Source: Leptogorgia sarmentosa
Lineage: Eukaryota
Length of the DNA: 64,000 nucleotides
NCBI GenBank assembly: GCA_964658305.1
Contig: OZ210885.1
Coordinates: 11,966,001-12,030,000, forward strand
Reading direction: 5' to 3'
Shown here: positions 1-12,238 of the stretch, piece by piece
Position numbering within the stretch: the stretch's first letter is position 1
How the letters are laid out: the number at the start of each line of letters is the position of its first letter
The notes under the pieces: model-generated
Databases searched by the model: none
Seen by the model: only the letters and a program-made list of their open reading frames with translations
What the model was told of the DNA's origin: nothing
Made by a program: the position numbers and the translations under genes

Positions 1-3000
1 TAACCACTTCAAACCTTAATCCTTATGTACACCTTTGACCTAAACCCAACCCAATCCTTAACCTGACCATAACCACTTCAATCCCTAATCCTTATGTACA
101 CCTTTGACCTAAACCCAACCCAACCCTTAACCTGACCCTAACCACTTCAATCCCTAATCCTTAAATACACCCTTGACCTTGACCTCAACCCCACCCAATC
201 CTTAACCTGACCCTAACCACTTCAATCCCTAATCCTTAAATACATCCTTGACCTCAACCCCACCGAATCCTTAACCTGACCCTAACCACTTCAATCGTTA
301 TGTACACCTTTGACCTAAACCCAACCCAATCCTCAACCTGACCCTAACCACTTCAATCCCTAATCCTTGAATACACCACTTCAATCCCTAATCCTTAAAT
401 ACACCCTTGATCTAAACCCCACCTAATCCTTAATGTGACCCTAACCACTTCAATCCCTAATCCTTAAATACACCACTTCAATCCCTAATCCTTAAATATA
501 CCTTTGACCTAAACCCCACCAAATCCTTAACCTGACCCTAACCACTTCAATCCTTATGTACATAATTGACCTAAACCCCACCCAATCCTTAACCTGACCC
601 TAACCAATCAAACCCTAATCCTTAAATACACCACTTCAATCCCTAATCCTTAAATACACCCTTGATCTAAACCCCACCCAATCCTTAACCTGACCCTAAC
701 CACTTCAATCCCTAATCCTTATGTACACCTTCGACCTAAACCCCACCCAATCCTTAACCTGACCCTAACCAATCAATCCCTAATCCTTATGTGCACTTTG
801 ACCTAAACCCAACCCAATCCTTAACCTGACCATAACAAATCCAATCCTTATGTACACATTTAACCAAAACCCAACCCAATCCTTAACCTGACCCTAACCA
901 CTTCAAACCTTATCCTTATGTACAACTTTGACCTTAACCCAACCCAATCCTTAACCTGACCCTAACCACTTCAATCCCTAATCCTTATGTACACCCTTGA
1001 CCTAAACCCCACCCAATCCTTAACCTGACCCTAACCAATCTAACCCTAATCCTTATGTACACCCTTGACCTAAACCCAACCCAATCCTTAACCTGACCCT
1101 AACCACTTCAACCCTAATCCTTAAATACACCCTTGACCTAAACCCCACCGAATCCTTAACCTGACCCTAACCACTTCAAACCCTAATCCTTAAATACACC
1201 CTTGACCTAAACCCCACCGAATCCTTAACCTGACCCTAACCACTTCAAACCCTAATCCTTAAATACACCCTTGACCTAAACCCCACCGAATCCTTAACCT
1301 GACCCTAACCACTTCAACCCTTATGTACACCTTCGACCTAAACCCAACCCAATCCTCAACCTGACCCTAAGCACTTCAATCCCTAATCCTTAAATACACC
1401 ACTTCAATCCCTAATCCTTAAATATACCTTTGACGTAAACCCAACCCAATCCTTAACCTGACCCTAACCACTTCAATCCCTAATCCTAAAATACACCCTT
1501 GACCTAGACCCCACCCAATCCTTAACCTGACCCCAACCACTTCAATCCCTAATCCTTAAATACACCTTTGACCTAAACCCACCCAATCCTTAACCTGACC
1601 CTAACCACTTCAAACCCTAATCCTTAAATACACCTTTGACCTAAACCCACCCAATCCTTAACCTGACCCCAACCACTTCAAACCCTAATCCTTAAATACA
1701 CCTTTGACCTAAACCCAACCCAATCCTTAACCTGACCCTAACCACTTGAATCCTTATGTACACCTTTGACCTAAACCCAACCCAATCCTTAACCTGACCA
1801 TGACCACTTCAATCCCTAATCCTTATGTACACCTTTGACCTAAACCCAACCCAATCCTTAACCTGACCATAACCACTTCAAACCCTAATCCTTATCTACA
1901 TATTTGACCTAAACACAACCCAACCCTTAACCTGACCCTAACCACTTCAATCCCTAATCCTTATGTACACCTTTGACCTCAACCCCACCGAATCCTTAAC
2001 CTGACCCTAACCACTTCAATCCTTATGTACACCTTTGACCTAAACCCAACCCAATCCTCAACCTGACCCTAACCACTTCAATCCCTAATCCTTGAATACA
2101 CCACTTCAATCCCTAATCCTTAAATACACCCTTGATCTAAACCCCACCCAATCCTTAATGTGACCCTAACCACTTCAATCCCTAATCCTTAAATACACCA
2201 CTTCAATCCCTAATCCTTAAATATACCTTTGACCTAAACCACACCCAATCCTTAACCTGACCCTAACCACTTCAATCCTTATGTACATAATTGACCTCAA
2301 CCCCACCCAATCCTTAACCTGACCCTAACCAATCAAACCCTAATCCTTAAATACACCACTTCAATCCCTAATCCTTAAATACACCCTTGATCTAAACCCC
2401 ACCCAATCCTTAACCTGACCCTAACCAATCTATCCCTAATCCTTATGTACACTTTGACCTAAACCCAACCCAATCCTTAACCTGACCATAACAAATCCAA
2501 TCCTTATGTACACATTTAACCAAAACCCAACCCAATCCTGAACCTGACCCTAACCACTTCAAACCTTATCCTTATGTACAACTTTGACCTAAACCCAACC
2601 CAATCCTTAACCTGACCCTAACCACTTCAATCCCTAATCCTTATGTACACTCTTGACCTAAACCCAACCCAATCCTTAACCTGACCCTAACCAATCTAAC
2701 CCTAATCCTTATGTACACCCTTGACCTAAACACAACCCAATCCTTAACCTGACCCTAACCACTTCAAACCCTAATCCTTATCTACATATTTGACCTAAAC
2801 CCAACCCACCCCCTAACCTAACCCTAACCACTTCAATCCCTAATCCTTAAATACACCCTTGACTTAAACCCCACCGAATCCTTAACCTGACCCCAACCAC
2901 TTCAAACCCTAATCCTTAAATACACCCTTGACCTAAACCCCACCGAATCCTTAACCTGACCCTAACCACTTCAAACCCTAATCCTTAAATACACCCTTGA

Positions 3001-4038
3001 CCTAAACCCCACCGAATCCATAACCTGACCCTAACCACTTCAACCCTTATGTACACCTTTGACCTAAACCCAACCCAATCCTCAACCTGACCCTAACCAC
3101 TTCAATCCCTAATCCTTAAATACACCACTTCAATCCCTAATCCTTAAATACACCCTTGATCTAAACCCCACCCAATCCTTAATGTGACCCTAACCACTTC
3201 AATCCCTAATCCTTAAATACACCACTTCAATCCCTAATCCTTAAATACACCTTTGACCTAAACGCCACCCAATCCTTAACCTGACCCTAACCACTTCAAT
3301 CCCTAATCCTTATGTACACCCTTGACCTAAACCCCACCCAATCCTTAACCTGACCCTAACCACTTCAATCCCTAATCCTTATGTACACCCTTGACCTAAA
3401 CCCCACCCAATCCTTAACCTGACCCTAACCACTTCAATCCCTAATCCTTAAATACACCTTTGACCTAAACCCAACCCAATCCTTAACCTGTCCCCAACCA
3501 CTTCAAACCCTAATCCTTATGTACACCTTTGACCTAAACCCCACCCAATCCTTAACCTGACCCTAACCACTTCAAACGCTAATCCTTAAATACACCTTTG
3601 ACCTAAACCCAACCCAATCCTTAACCTGACCCTAACCACTCGAATCCTTATGTACACCTTTGACCTAAACCCAACCCAATCCTTAACCTGACCCTAACCA
3701 CTTGAATCCTTATGTACACCTTTGACCTAAACCCAACCCAATCCTTAACCTGACCCTAACCACTTCAATCCCTAATCCTTATGTACACCCTTGACCTAAA
3801 CCCAACCCAATCCTTAACCTGACCCTAACCACTTCAATCCCTAATCCTAAAATACACCCTTGACCTAAACCCCACCCAATCCTTAACCTGACCCCAACCA
3901 TTTCAAACCCTAATCCTTAAATACACCCTTGACCTAAACCCACCCAATCCTTAACCTGTCCCTAGCCACTTCAATCCATAATCCTTAGGTACACCTTCGA
4001 CCTAAACCCAACCCAACCCTTTACCTGACCCCAACCAA
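1..4038 (+). repeat. C/A-rich minisatellite, roughly 55-65 bp unit built from telomere-like hexamers (CCCTAA/CCTTAA/CTTCAA/CCTGAC); runs off the window start
   Basis: Unit like TAACCACTTCAATCCCTAATCCTTAAATACACCCTTGACCTAAACCCCACCCAATCCTTAACCTGACCC repeated with variants across about 4 kb; almost no G on the + strand. Confidence 0.97.
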
Positions 4039-4812
4039 TTCTGGCATGGAAGTCAACCCCAGGCTCTTAGAACCTATTCCCCGGCACGTCTCCCATGGCA
4101 ACGTTTACGAACTTGGATACGTCTCCATGGCAACGTCCCCGGTTTTTATAATTCTCTTCGTCAAAAAAATTTTGTACGCAGAGTACAGTCATTGGCTGCC
4201 TTCGTAAGTTATCCATTTCTCACCTTAATATGTAATCCATGCCATTCCACTTCACCCAAACGCATTCACAAAAACTCACTCACCATCTCCAACGGAATTT
4301 ACTCATCTTCACAACTCGCAAAGACGAAAAAGTGAACCTGTTTTTTCGCGCCATTCAAAATTCAGTGTGAAACAAAACTTACATGCGAGCACGTCGTTCC
4401 AAGACCTGCTAGCAGGTTAGAAACGTGCTTTCCCAGTTATGCTTGGAGCCTGATGAAAACATAACTAATAGTTTTAAACGTAAAACTAACAGGGACTAGG
4501 CCTGAGTGGCTCTACATTGGCAATCACTCTGGCCTTGGCATTCACACACAACACAAATGCACCCGGATTTTGCCTACCTCATCCAGCAACCTCAACCACT
4601 ACAACATCATGTCATTACTGATCATTCACTCATCTAATTTAATATTAATTCACTAACACTTCGTTCATCTAATCAAATCTCTTTTGGTTACAATATGATA
4701 TGTTATAATATAATTACAAATCATTTGTGTCACCCAAAATCACTCCCTTAACAAAGGAACAGCCATTCAAACCTTTGTCCAGGATCCGAATACCTGTATC
4801 TAGACCCATTTT

Positions 4813-5403
4813 CTATTTCAAGCCGCCATAGACATATATGCCAGATTTCAGAGACATGTTAAAAATGGCTGCAAGTGATGGTGCAATTATGTACGATGAC
4901 ATTTTTAGAATTTTGGCAGGTATATTATCCATTCCAGTTGCCTTAGAAACTTTTAAATTACTTAAACTTGTGGCAACATTGTTTACATTAATATCGGCAA
5001 ATTTAAAACATATGTCAGGGTAGCGTTCGATGTTTGCTTCAGGCATTTGGTCGTCACTCGAAATGTTATATAATTGTTCTGATTCAGTTGCAATGTTGAT
5101 TCCAACATTTGTGAAATAATCATTGAAGGATTCAGCAATAGATTTATCGTCGGAAATGGTAATATCATCGATAATAAGCTGTTTAACGTTGGTTTGTTTT
5201 CCCTTTCGGCCTAATAAAGTATTTATTAGGGACCAACTTTTTTTAACATCTTTAGAGGAGTCCTGAATTTTTTCGCAGAAATATTTTGATTTTGCCTGCC
5301 GCATCTGTATATTCACTTTATTTCGTTCAGATTTGTATAATTCCCATTGGGCATGTGAATCATGTTTAACTGCCTGTTTTTTATGGAAGTCTCTCTTTCT
5401 CAT
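4813..5403 (-). pseudogene. Fragment of non-LTR retrotransposon (CR1/L2/Jockey-group) ORF2, region between endonuclease and RT
   Basis: Typical motifs: YKSERNKVNIQMRQAKSKYF, KKSWSLINTLLG, IAESFNDYFTNVG, LKVSKATGMDNIPAKILK, IAPSLAAIFNMSLKSG; truncated on both sides. Confidence 0.9.
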
Positions 5404-5830
5404 TCTATGCTTCTTATTCTATTAATGCGACGTCGTCGTCGCCGCTGCAATTTTCCCTTTCGTAAACGGTCGTTGCCTTCCCAAACGGTCGATGCCTTCC
5501 TGCTCTCTTTTTACTTAGTTTATGACAAATTTAAAAACTTGAAATACGCTTAATCCCCAACCCAAACCCTAAAATACTAACCCTAACCATAAAAGTCGGA
5601 AAAATATTGAAAAAAAAAAGTTATAAGTTGAAATCAATAACGCGAAAAAAAAGTGTCGAGCCGGGGTTTGAACTATAAAACTACAAATCACGCACCGCGT
5701 GCCTAACCGTCTGAGCTAATTTCGAGCTCGCTGAAAAGTATCGAAAACAAATATATTTATAGTGGAAATGCATTATGTAACATTTAAAATGCGAGCAGGG
5801 AAGGCATCGACCGTTTTGGAAGGCAACGAC

Positions 5831-8675
5831 CACTGAGCTATACTTAATATATCTGGAGATCGGGCTCTCCACTTTGAAGTGTCGCCAAAAACATGGCGGA
5901 TTTTACGTCACACGTCCCCTATTCTCATGATGGTAATTACTGACCACAGTTGAAGTGTGTGCAGGCGCCGTTTCCAACCCCCCCTGGATTTTACTGTTTG
6001 TTACTATATAAATTTATAATATAAGTAGGGTAAAATCTGCAACGTGATTGGCTAATGAGCGTGCATTATAACAGCGTAATGCACGCATCTAGCTATTAAA
6101 TTTCTCCCGCGACTTTTTGGTTTGACAAAAAGACAATAAAAATACATATGTACTAAAAATACATCCGTAAAAAACGCTTGAATTGTTTGCTTTCGCTCAG
6201 CTAAAGGAATAAAGCTGTGTTGCTGCTTGGCAACATTTGAGAACACGCTTGATTACATGTAAAGAGAATTGTAATTTTGATCTTCCTAACGAAGTTTTTT
6301 GTTGCGCTAACATTCTCTTATATTATAAAAGAAATAGAAAAACTCGTCGCGTGCCATTATGCTGCTATAATTGCACTCGGGCAATGTTGTGAGAATACTC
6401 GAGAATCGCGTAAAACACTCGGCTACGCCTCGTGTTTTACGCGATTCTCTCGTATTCTCCCAACATTCCCCTCGTGCATTATAACAGCATAATGGCACGC
6501 GACTCGTTATCTATTTCTTAAATATATACTGCAGTGTTGTTTTGATATTTTTTCAAAGAATTGAGATAAAGTATTAAAATTCTCTTACATCTCAAAAATA
6601 TATTGTTGTATTTGTTGATGTACGCGCCTATAAAATATAAATACCGAACGCGATTGATTAAAGAGGACAGGAATGGAGCTTACTGCTTGTCTGACGGCCA
6701 CCACTGAGCTATAAAGAAGACGTTGTTTCAAGACGAAGTTGTTGTTTTATTGTAATAACCACTGATATCACCACTAAGTTTTGTATCTGTATGTATTGCA
6801 ATTTCATGTATATCCTATCGATGAAATTATTGAAAAATAAGTGCAGCATGTCAATATGAAGTGAAGTGTATATATTTATAATGGTCTTGCTTGAAAAAGG
6901 TAATGCCACTATTTGATTGAACATTCAAGGAACAATTGCCTTTTAGATGCTTGATCTAGAATGTTTGATATCTGCATTTTATGCAATTCATATATCATTT
7001 TTATTTGCATTGAAGAATAATATTTTATCAGAAAATTTCCAAGATAATGATATAATATTTCAGGATATACAATAATATATTCACATTCAAATCACAACAA
7101 ATTTATTTTTTTTATTTTAAAACACATACAACACAAGTATGAGTAAACAAGTTCCTCAACCAATTCTATGGATGTCAATCCCCATTTGCTCAGCACCTAA
7201 TTTTGCTGGCATATTGACTTTGATTAGACAGCACAACTAAGAAATAAATACTTATCGAATTGTGTTCACTTTCTAGTTTAATTTGATGCTTTCAACTTCA
7301 AAATCAATGTGAAATGGTCCAGTTATGTGGCAAATGTGATTGCACTCATCAATTTGCATTCAAGAGAATTAGATATGCATAGAATTGATTGAGACAAAAT
7401 AAATATATTAATACATTAGTAATCAGATTAAATTTTAACTTACTTATTTATTATTTCCTTATTATTTCAGCTACTGAACATTGGAGAACAAATTATTAAA
7501 AACTATGTACAACAACTATTAACAAATGAATTAATTATATTAATTAGTTATTTAAAACAATATTATGATTGAAGAAATCATTATTAAAACTTAGTTATTA
7601 TTAAAAACAATGTCATGGCACCCATGCCAGTGGTGCACTGAACCTTGCTTCCTCCCATCTTTTTGGGGGCATAATAGTTATGCAAAGATTGTACTGCCAA
7701 CACCAGAACCCATCAAGTTTGAACAACTATGAACAAACAAGACAATCAAGCAGTTAAATTCCATTGTATCACAAAAAGATATAAATATAAAACTCCACAG
7801 TAACACTCCAAGTATGCCTACCTTCAATGTGTCATTATTACCAGTCATTTCCACCATTCCTTTGGTTTGACATTGTTCACATTTAAGGTGGCCATCCATG
7901 TCTTCAACAACTTGACCATGACAAGAGCAATGAATACGAACTACAGTTTCATCCCTATTTCTAGACAGCATGGAAGAGATCATTCCCTTTAGCACAAACT
8001 GGGAGCATTCAGAATACAGGGAAGCCAAGGAGGTTATGGAACAAATTGGCCAAGATAAAGATTGTATGGTCTTACTTGCCACATGACCAGCATAGCATTC
8101 TTGTTTAATATTAATCAACAATAAATGTACTGTACATGTTTCACGAACAGTGTAATTGTAAAAATCTGGTGAAAATAACCTCAAGTTTCACCCATGCAAG
8201 ATTCCTACTGTGATGGCAGAAACTTTGATATTGTAAACTGGCCTTAAGAGACTGTTGTAAATAAATTTAAGCATACATACGACCTCTCGAACGATGTATA
8301 AGAATAAAATAAAATTTCCTTACCAGTGTGACAACAGTTCTTTGTTGTCAAAGGAGTTGTGACATCCGTAAACATAGCAAAAACGCGGCATGTTGATAAT
8401 CAACAAAATTCAACGAAATATTGTTTTGAATTAAAAACTTTGACGTGATGTTATCATGTTAGCTGGATTTTAATATTTTATTTCGAGACAGGGGGGTGAG
8501 AAAACTGCTCACTTTCGGCAATGTTATTTGGTCAGTGGTTAGTCCCCTGAAATAGGGGACTTACTACGTCATAATGACGTAAATTTGGCTAAAATCCGCC
8601 ATGTTTTTGGCGACACTATTTTGTACGGCGTGGTATTACGACCCGATCTCCAGATATATTAAGTATAGCTCAGTG
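5831..8675 (-). mobile_element. Non-autonomous P-element-like DNA transposon with THAP-like first exon
   Basis: Perfect 34-bp TIR CACTGAGCTATACTTAATATATCTGGAGATCGGG; 8-bp TSD GCAACGAC (5823-5830 and 8676-8683); subterminal inverted repeat AGTGTCGCCAAAAACATGGCGGATTTT; minus-strand exon 8391-8324 MPRFCYVYGCHNSFDNKELLSH followed by a GTAAGG donor. Confidence 0.8.
6020..6520. mobile_element. Element with terminal palindrome (about 6328-6520) nested in the P-like element
   Basis: About 95-bp inverted arms around CTCGGCTACGCCTCG; partial arm copy and GATTGG box at 6045-6090. Confidence 0.7.
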
Positions 8676-9302
8676 GCAACGACCGTTTACGAAAGGGAAA
8701 ATAGCGGCGCCGCTGGAGAGCTGCATGCAGAACGACGTGGAGCAAAACCTGGATTCAGAAACGTCAGGAACAGGGTGTTTTCGGGAATCTACTTCGTGAA
8801 GTTCGAGATGATGATCCAGAAACCTTTAGACAATACCATCGCTTGGATGTCAATTCATTTGAGGAGGTATTGAGGATGGTTGGGCCATTTATTCGCAAGA
8901 AAAGTACAGTAATGAGAGCAAGTATTTGCCCTGAAGAAAGACTCGCAGTTACCTTACGCTTTCTAGCTACTGGTATGTAGTGACGTATAATGCATTATAA
9001 GTTTAATTAATAATAATTAAAGTTCCTGCAGGTTTTATAAAACTAATAGCAAAATTAAATTCTAGGTGAATCATTTAGAAGCCTATCATTCCAATACAGA
9101 ATGGGTGAGAGGACAGTTTCAGATATCATCAACGAGACATGTCAAGCGATTTTTGAAGCAATGAAAGAACAATTTCTAAAAGTAGGCATAAGTTTTGTAT
9201 GCTTCTTATATAAATTTTATTTAATATGAAATTTTAAAAAACTCAACATATAAGTAAATTATGTACATGGGCCCAACAAAGGCCAACGAAGACTAACTAA
9301 AG

Positions 9303-11212
9303 TCAAACTCCTTGATTGTTCACAAACTGAAAATAAGGCTGTTGCTGTTGTTGTTGTGCGGTATATGGTTGCTGCCTAGGGTATTGTTCTTGTCGATGTG
9401 CAGTCAGGTTGGATTGGCCAGGTGTTATTATACCCATTTGTGCCTGGAACAGAACATTATTTATCTGGTACTGTACAAGATACCTTGTTGCTTCATCAAA
9501 TTTCTTAAGTGACTCGATTAAGAACTTTCCATATGATTCACATTCTCCAACTTCACTGTTTTCTTTTTTTCTCTCTTTGGCAATTGAGGAAGCAAGACCC
9601 TTCATGACATTAAATTCCTCTTCTTGTAACTTCCTCTTTAGGGACTTGGGCCTGGACTTTATTGGCATTTTGGTTGATTGCAGTGCAAGTGTTGCATTTG
9701 TTTCATTTGGTTGATCAAAATCATCATCAGAATCATTTCCACCAAGTTGCATGGGATCACCTTCATCACCATCATCATCGTTATTCTCATTCTCACCTAC
9801 CACAGTGGAATTCACCTAAAAAGTGTATAATTTAAGTTATGGTTTTGTACTGTTTATTGCAGGTACCATCATCTGAGAATGATTGGCTAAAAGTTGCAGA
9901 TGAGTTTTTCACAAAATGGAACTATCCATGCTGTGTTGGGGCCCTAGATGGCAAACATATAGCAATACAACAACCAACAGACACTGGTTCTGAGTTTTTT
10001 AATTACAAACACTTTTTTAGTGTTTTACTTCTTGCTCTTGTTGATGCTAACTATAAATTTCTATATGTGGATGTTGGGGCAAGCGGGTGAGCTGGGGATG
10101 CTGGTGTGTTTCGGGATTCATCTTTGAAGAAAGCCTTAGATAATAAGACCCTTCGATTGCCACCCCCACAAAATATTGAAGGAATTACTACGACAATATG
10201 CTATCACATTGTTGGTGATGATGCATTTCCATTACGAAAAGATGTGATGAAACCGTTTCCACATCGAAGTTTGGACAAACCTAAGAGAATCTTCAACTAC
10301 AGGCTTTCAAGAGCAAGGCGTGTTGTGGAAAATGCATTTGGCATTTTAGCCAACAGATTTAGAGTGTTGCTAACAACAATTAAACTTCACCCTGACAAAG
10401 TAGTTGACATTAATTATTCTTGCCACATGTTGCCTACACAATTTTATGGTTGAGAAAAACAAGAACAACTATATTAGCGTTCAAGACTTTGAAGACGTTG
10501 AACTTTTGAACTTCATGAATGGTCAGTGGAGAAGTGATCCCCAACTGTGTGGGTTGCAAACAAGCTCATCCAGAAATTCTACAACCAATGCAAAAAACCA
10601 GCGCACAGAGTTGGCAAATTACTTTTTATCTGCCTCAGGGTCAGTACCATGGCAGGAATACATGTGTCGTCTCAAATAAACACTGGTCTAACAAACACAT
10701 TACAATAATAGTACCTCGTCCAAGTTAAACATTGTTGACCTTGTGGCAATGAATTGCTCAAAGAAACTGTTATTTTTCAAAGACCCAAGCTGTTCGCTTC
10801 GAGGGGTTTCTCCTTGCACTTCCTGAAGGTGGTGGCTTTTTTGCTTTTGTAAAACAGTTTCTGAGCGCTTTGAGTTTATTTTTTACCCAGTCAACTGTTG
10901 AAAGATATAAAAACATACAAGGCTTTCCCGTTATTGTGAATGTTTAGAATGAAATAAAGAATAGAATTAAAATCAATAAACATGTACCACACGTGATCAC
11001 GTACATATACATTTGGCAATTCAACAAATACAGAATTCATGAGCATTATTACCATTTTGATCAACAGTAGTTGCAATTTCTTGTAAGGCTTTTTGTCGTT
11101 TATCTCGATTCTTAAAATCAGCTGAACGAACGTCGTACAGACAGGGGTGATCTGGCCATATTTCAACTAATTTTTCTTCTGCCACAATCTCGTCAACAAC
11201 ATTCGACGCCAT
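9303..11212 (-). pseudogene. Harbinger partner gene, MADF/Myb-SANT DNA-binding protein with BESS-like C-terminus; exons 11212-11053, 10894-10715, 9815-9303
   Basis: LVEIWPDHPCLYDVRSADFKNRDKRQKALQEIA (MADF); exon 2 DWVKNKLKALRNCF..PPSGSA with a stop and a frameshift; exon 3 acidic linker then SYGKFLIESLKKFD..LVQYQINNVLFQAQ; canonical splice sites. Confidence 0.85.
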
Positions 11213-11999
11213 ATTGTGATGCTGAATAAATTATATCAGTAGTATCACGTGGATATGATACGCGTTTTCATTGGCTGTCTCATATTTACAGCTGAGCTGA
11301 TAGCACACGAACCCGCACACGGTATAATTTCTGCCACGCATGGACAAAAAAATCAAACACAACAGAACTTTCCCTCGCGGTCACTCGTGACCAATTCCGC
11401 AGCAAAAACTATACGCACACGTAAGCTACAAGCTGAGCTAACGGGCACGAGTGACTGTCAGCTCAGCAGATAGCTCTCGTGTGCGGCAGGCTTTACGGGA
11501 CCATTTAATCACTAATCACTTTTAATCACTTTTATCTCCCGAAAAGCCCTGCTATTAGTTTGTAATAGCATTGTTTTGTTGTTGTGTAGAATGTAATTAC
11601 TTGCATGTTTGACCATCCATAACCCAGCGGGCGATTAGACTTAAATTGACCCACTAAAAACAAAAGAAACCCGGTGAACTATGCTATTACTAGTATAGGC
11701 AAGTTGCGTCTGATGTAAGTCAAATCTTGTGCGAGTTGAAAGTCGCGAGTTATTTTGTTTCGTTATTATATATCCCCCTATTATTGTGAACTGTAAATGT
11801 AGCGAACATGTATCTAACTTGAATAAGTATGTTGTCGATATTTTGTGGTGGATATTACTAGGACGTCCTAAAAAGGATAGATTGTGCATTTGATTATGAT
11901 AAATCGAAATAATGATTCTAAATTATTATGTCGAAATATCAACACATTTCTTTGCAACGTTGCGTGCGGTTTTTATCGACAACCATGATTGCAGCGCAT

Positions 12000-12238
12000 G
12001 GACCGGTTGTATCAAAGGCGTTTAGCGTTAAACGGTGGATAAGCAAAAATTTAAAGACATTCCTATTCATTTTACAAATAATTGAAGTTAGATTTTATCA
12101 ACTAAATGTGTAGTTCTGTCGGTTCTATGCTTAGTTACGACAGAAAAGTTTAGTTTCGTTGTATAGTCATAGTTTTTTGTTTGGTATTTTTGACTTATCC
12201 ACCGTTTGAGCTAAACGCCTCCGATACAACCGGCTCCA
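12000..12238. mobile_element. Harbinger/Tourist-type MITE (GGGCCGGTTGT family)
   Basis: TIR GGACCGGTTGTATCAAAGGCGTTTAGC / GCTAAACGCCTCCGATACAACCGGCTCC; relatives near 21362, 46049, 50778 and 59062. Confidence 0.75.

Larger units (their letters stand above)
5445..8707. mobile_element. Non-autonomous TIR element (about 410 bp without its nested insert) with apparent 5-bp TSD CGCCG
   Basis: Left CTGCAATTTTCCCTTTCGTAAACGGTCGTTGCC, right GGCAACGACCGTTTACGAAAGGGAAAATAGCGG; CGCCG at 5440-5444 and 8708-8712; related copy near 54719-55091. Confidence 0.85.
5407..10679 (+). pseudogene. Harbinger DDE transposase pseudogene; exons about 5407-5444 joined to 8713-8972, then 9066-9181 and 9863-10679
   Basis: Removing the insertion restores MLLILLMRRRRRRWRAACRTTWSKTWIQKR...PEERLAVTLRFLATG|ESFRSLSFQYR...|...GALDGKHI...GDDAFPL...FNYRLSRARRVVENAFGIL; GT-AG introns; premature TGA at 10088 and a frameshift near 10405. 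Confidence 0.9.
5407..11492 (+). mobile_element. PIF/Harbinger transposon, defective; left end not found; interrupted by nested insertions 5445-8707
   Basis: HARBI1-like transposase plus MADF partner gene; right terminus ...CTCGTGTGCGGCAGGCT followed by TTA (TWA TSD). Confidence 0.9.

Noticed and set aside
1..4038. True telomere or CRISPR array
   Set aside because: Not pure (CCCTAA)n; no unique spacers and no cas genes; eukaryotic context
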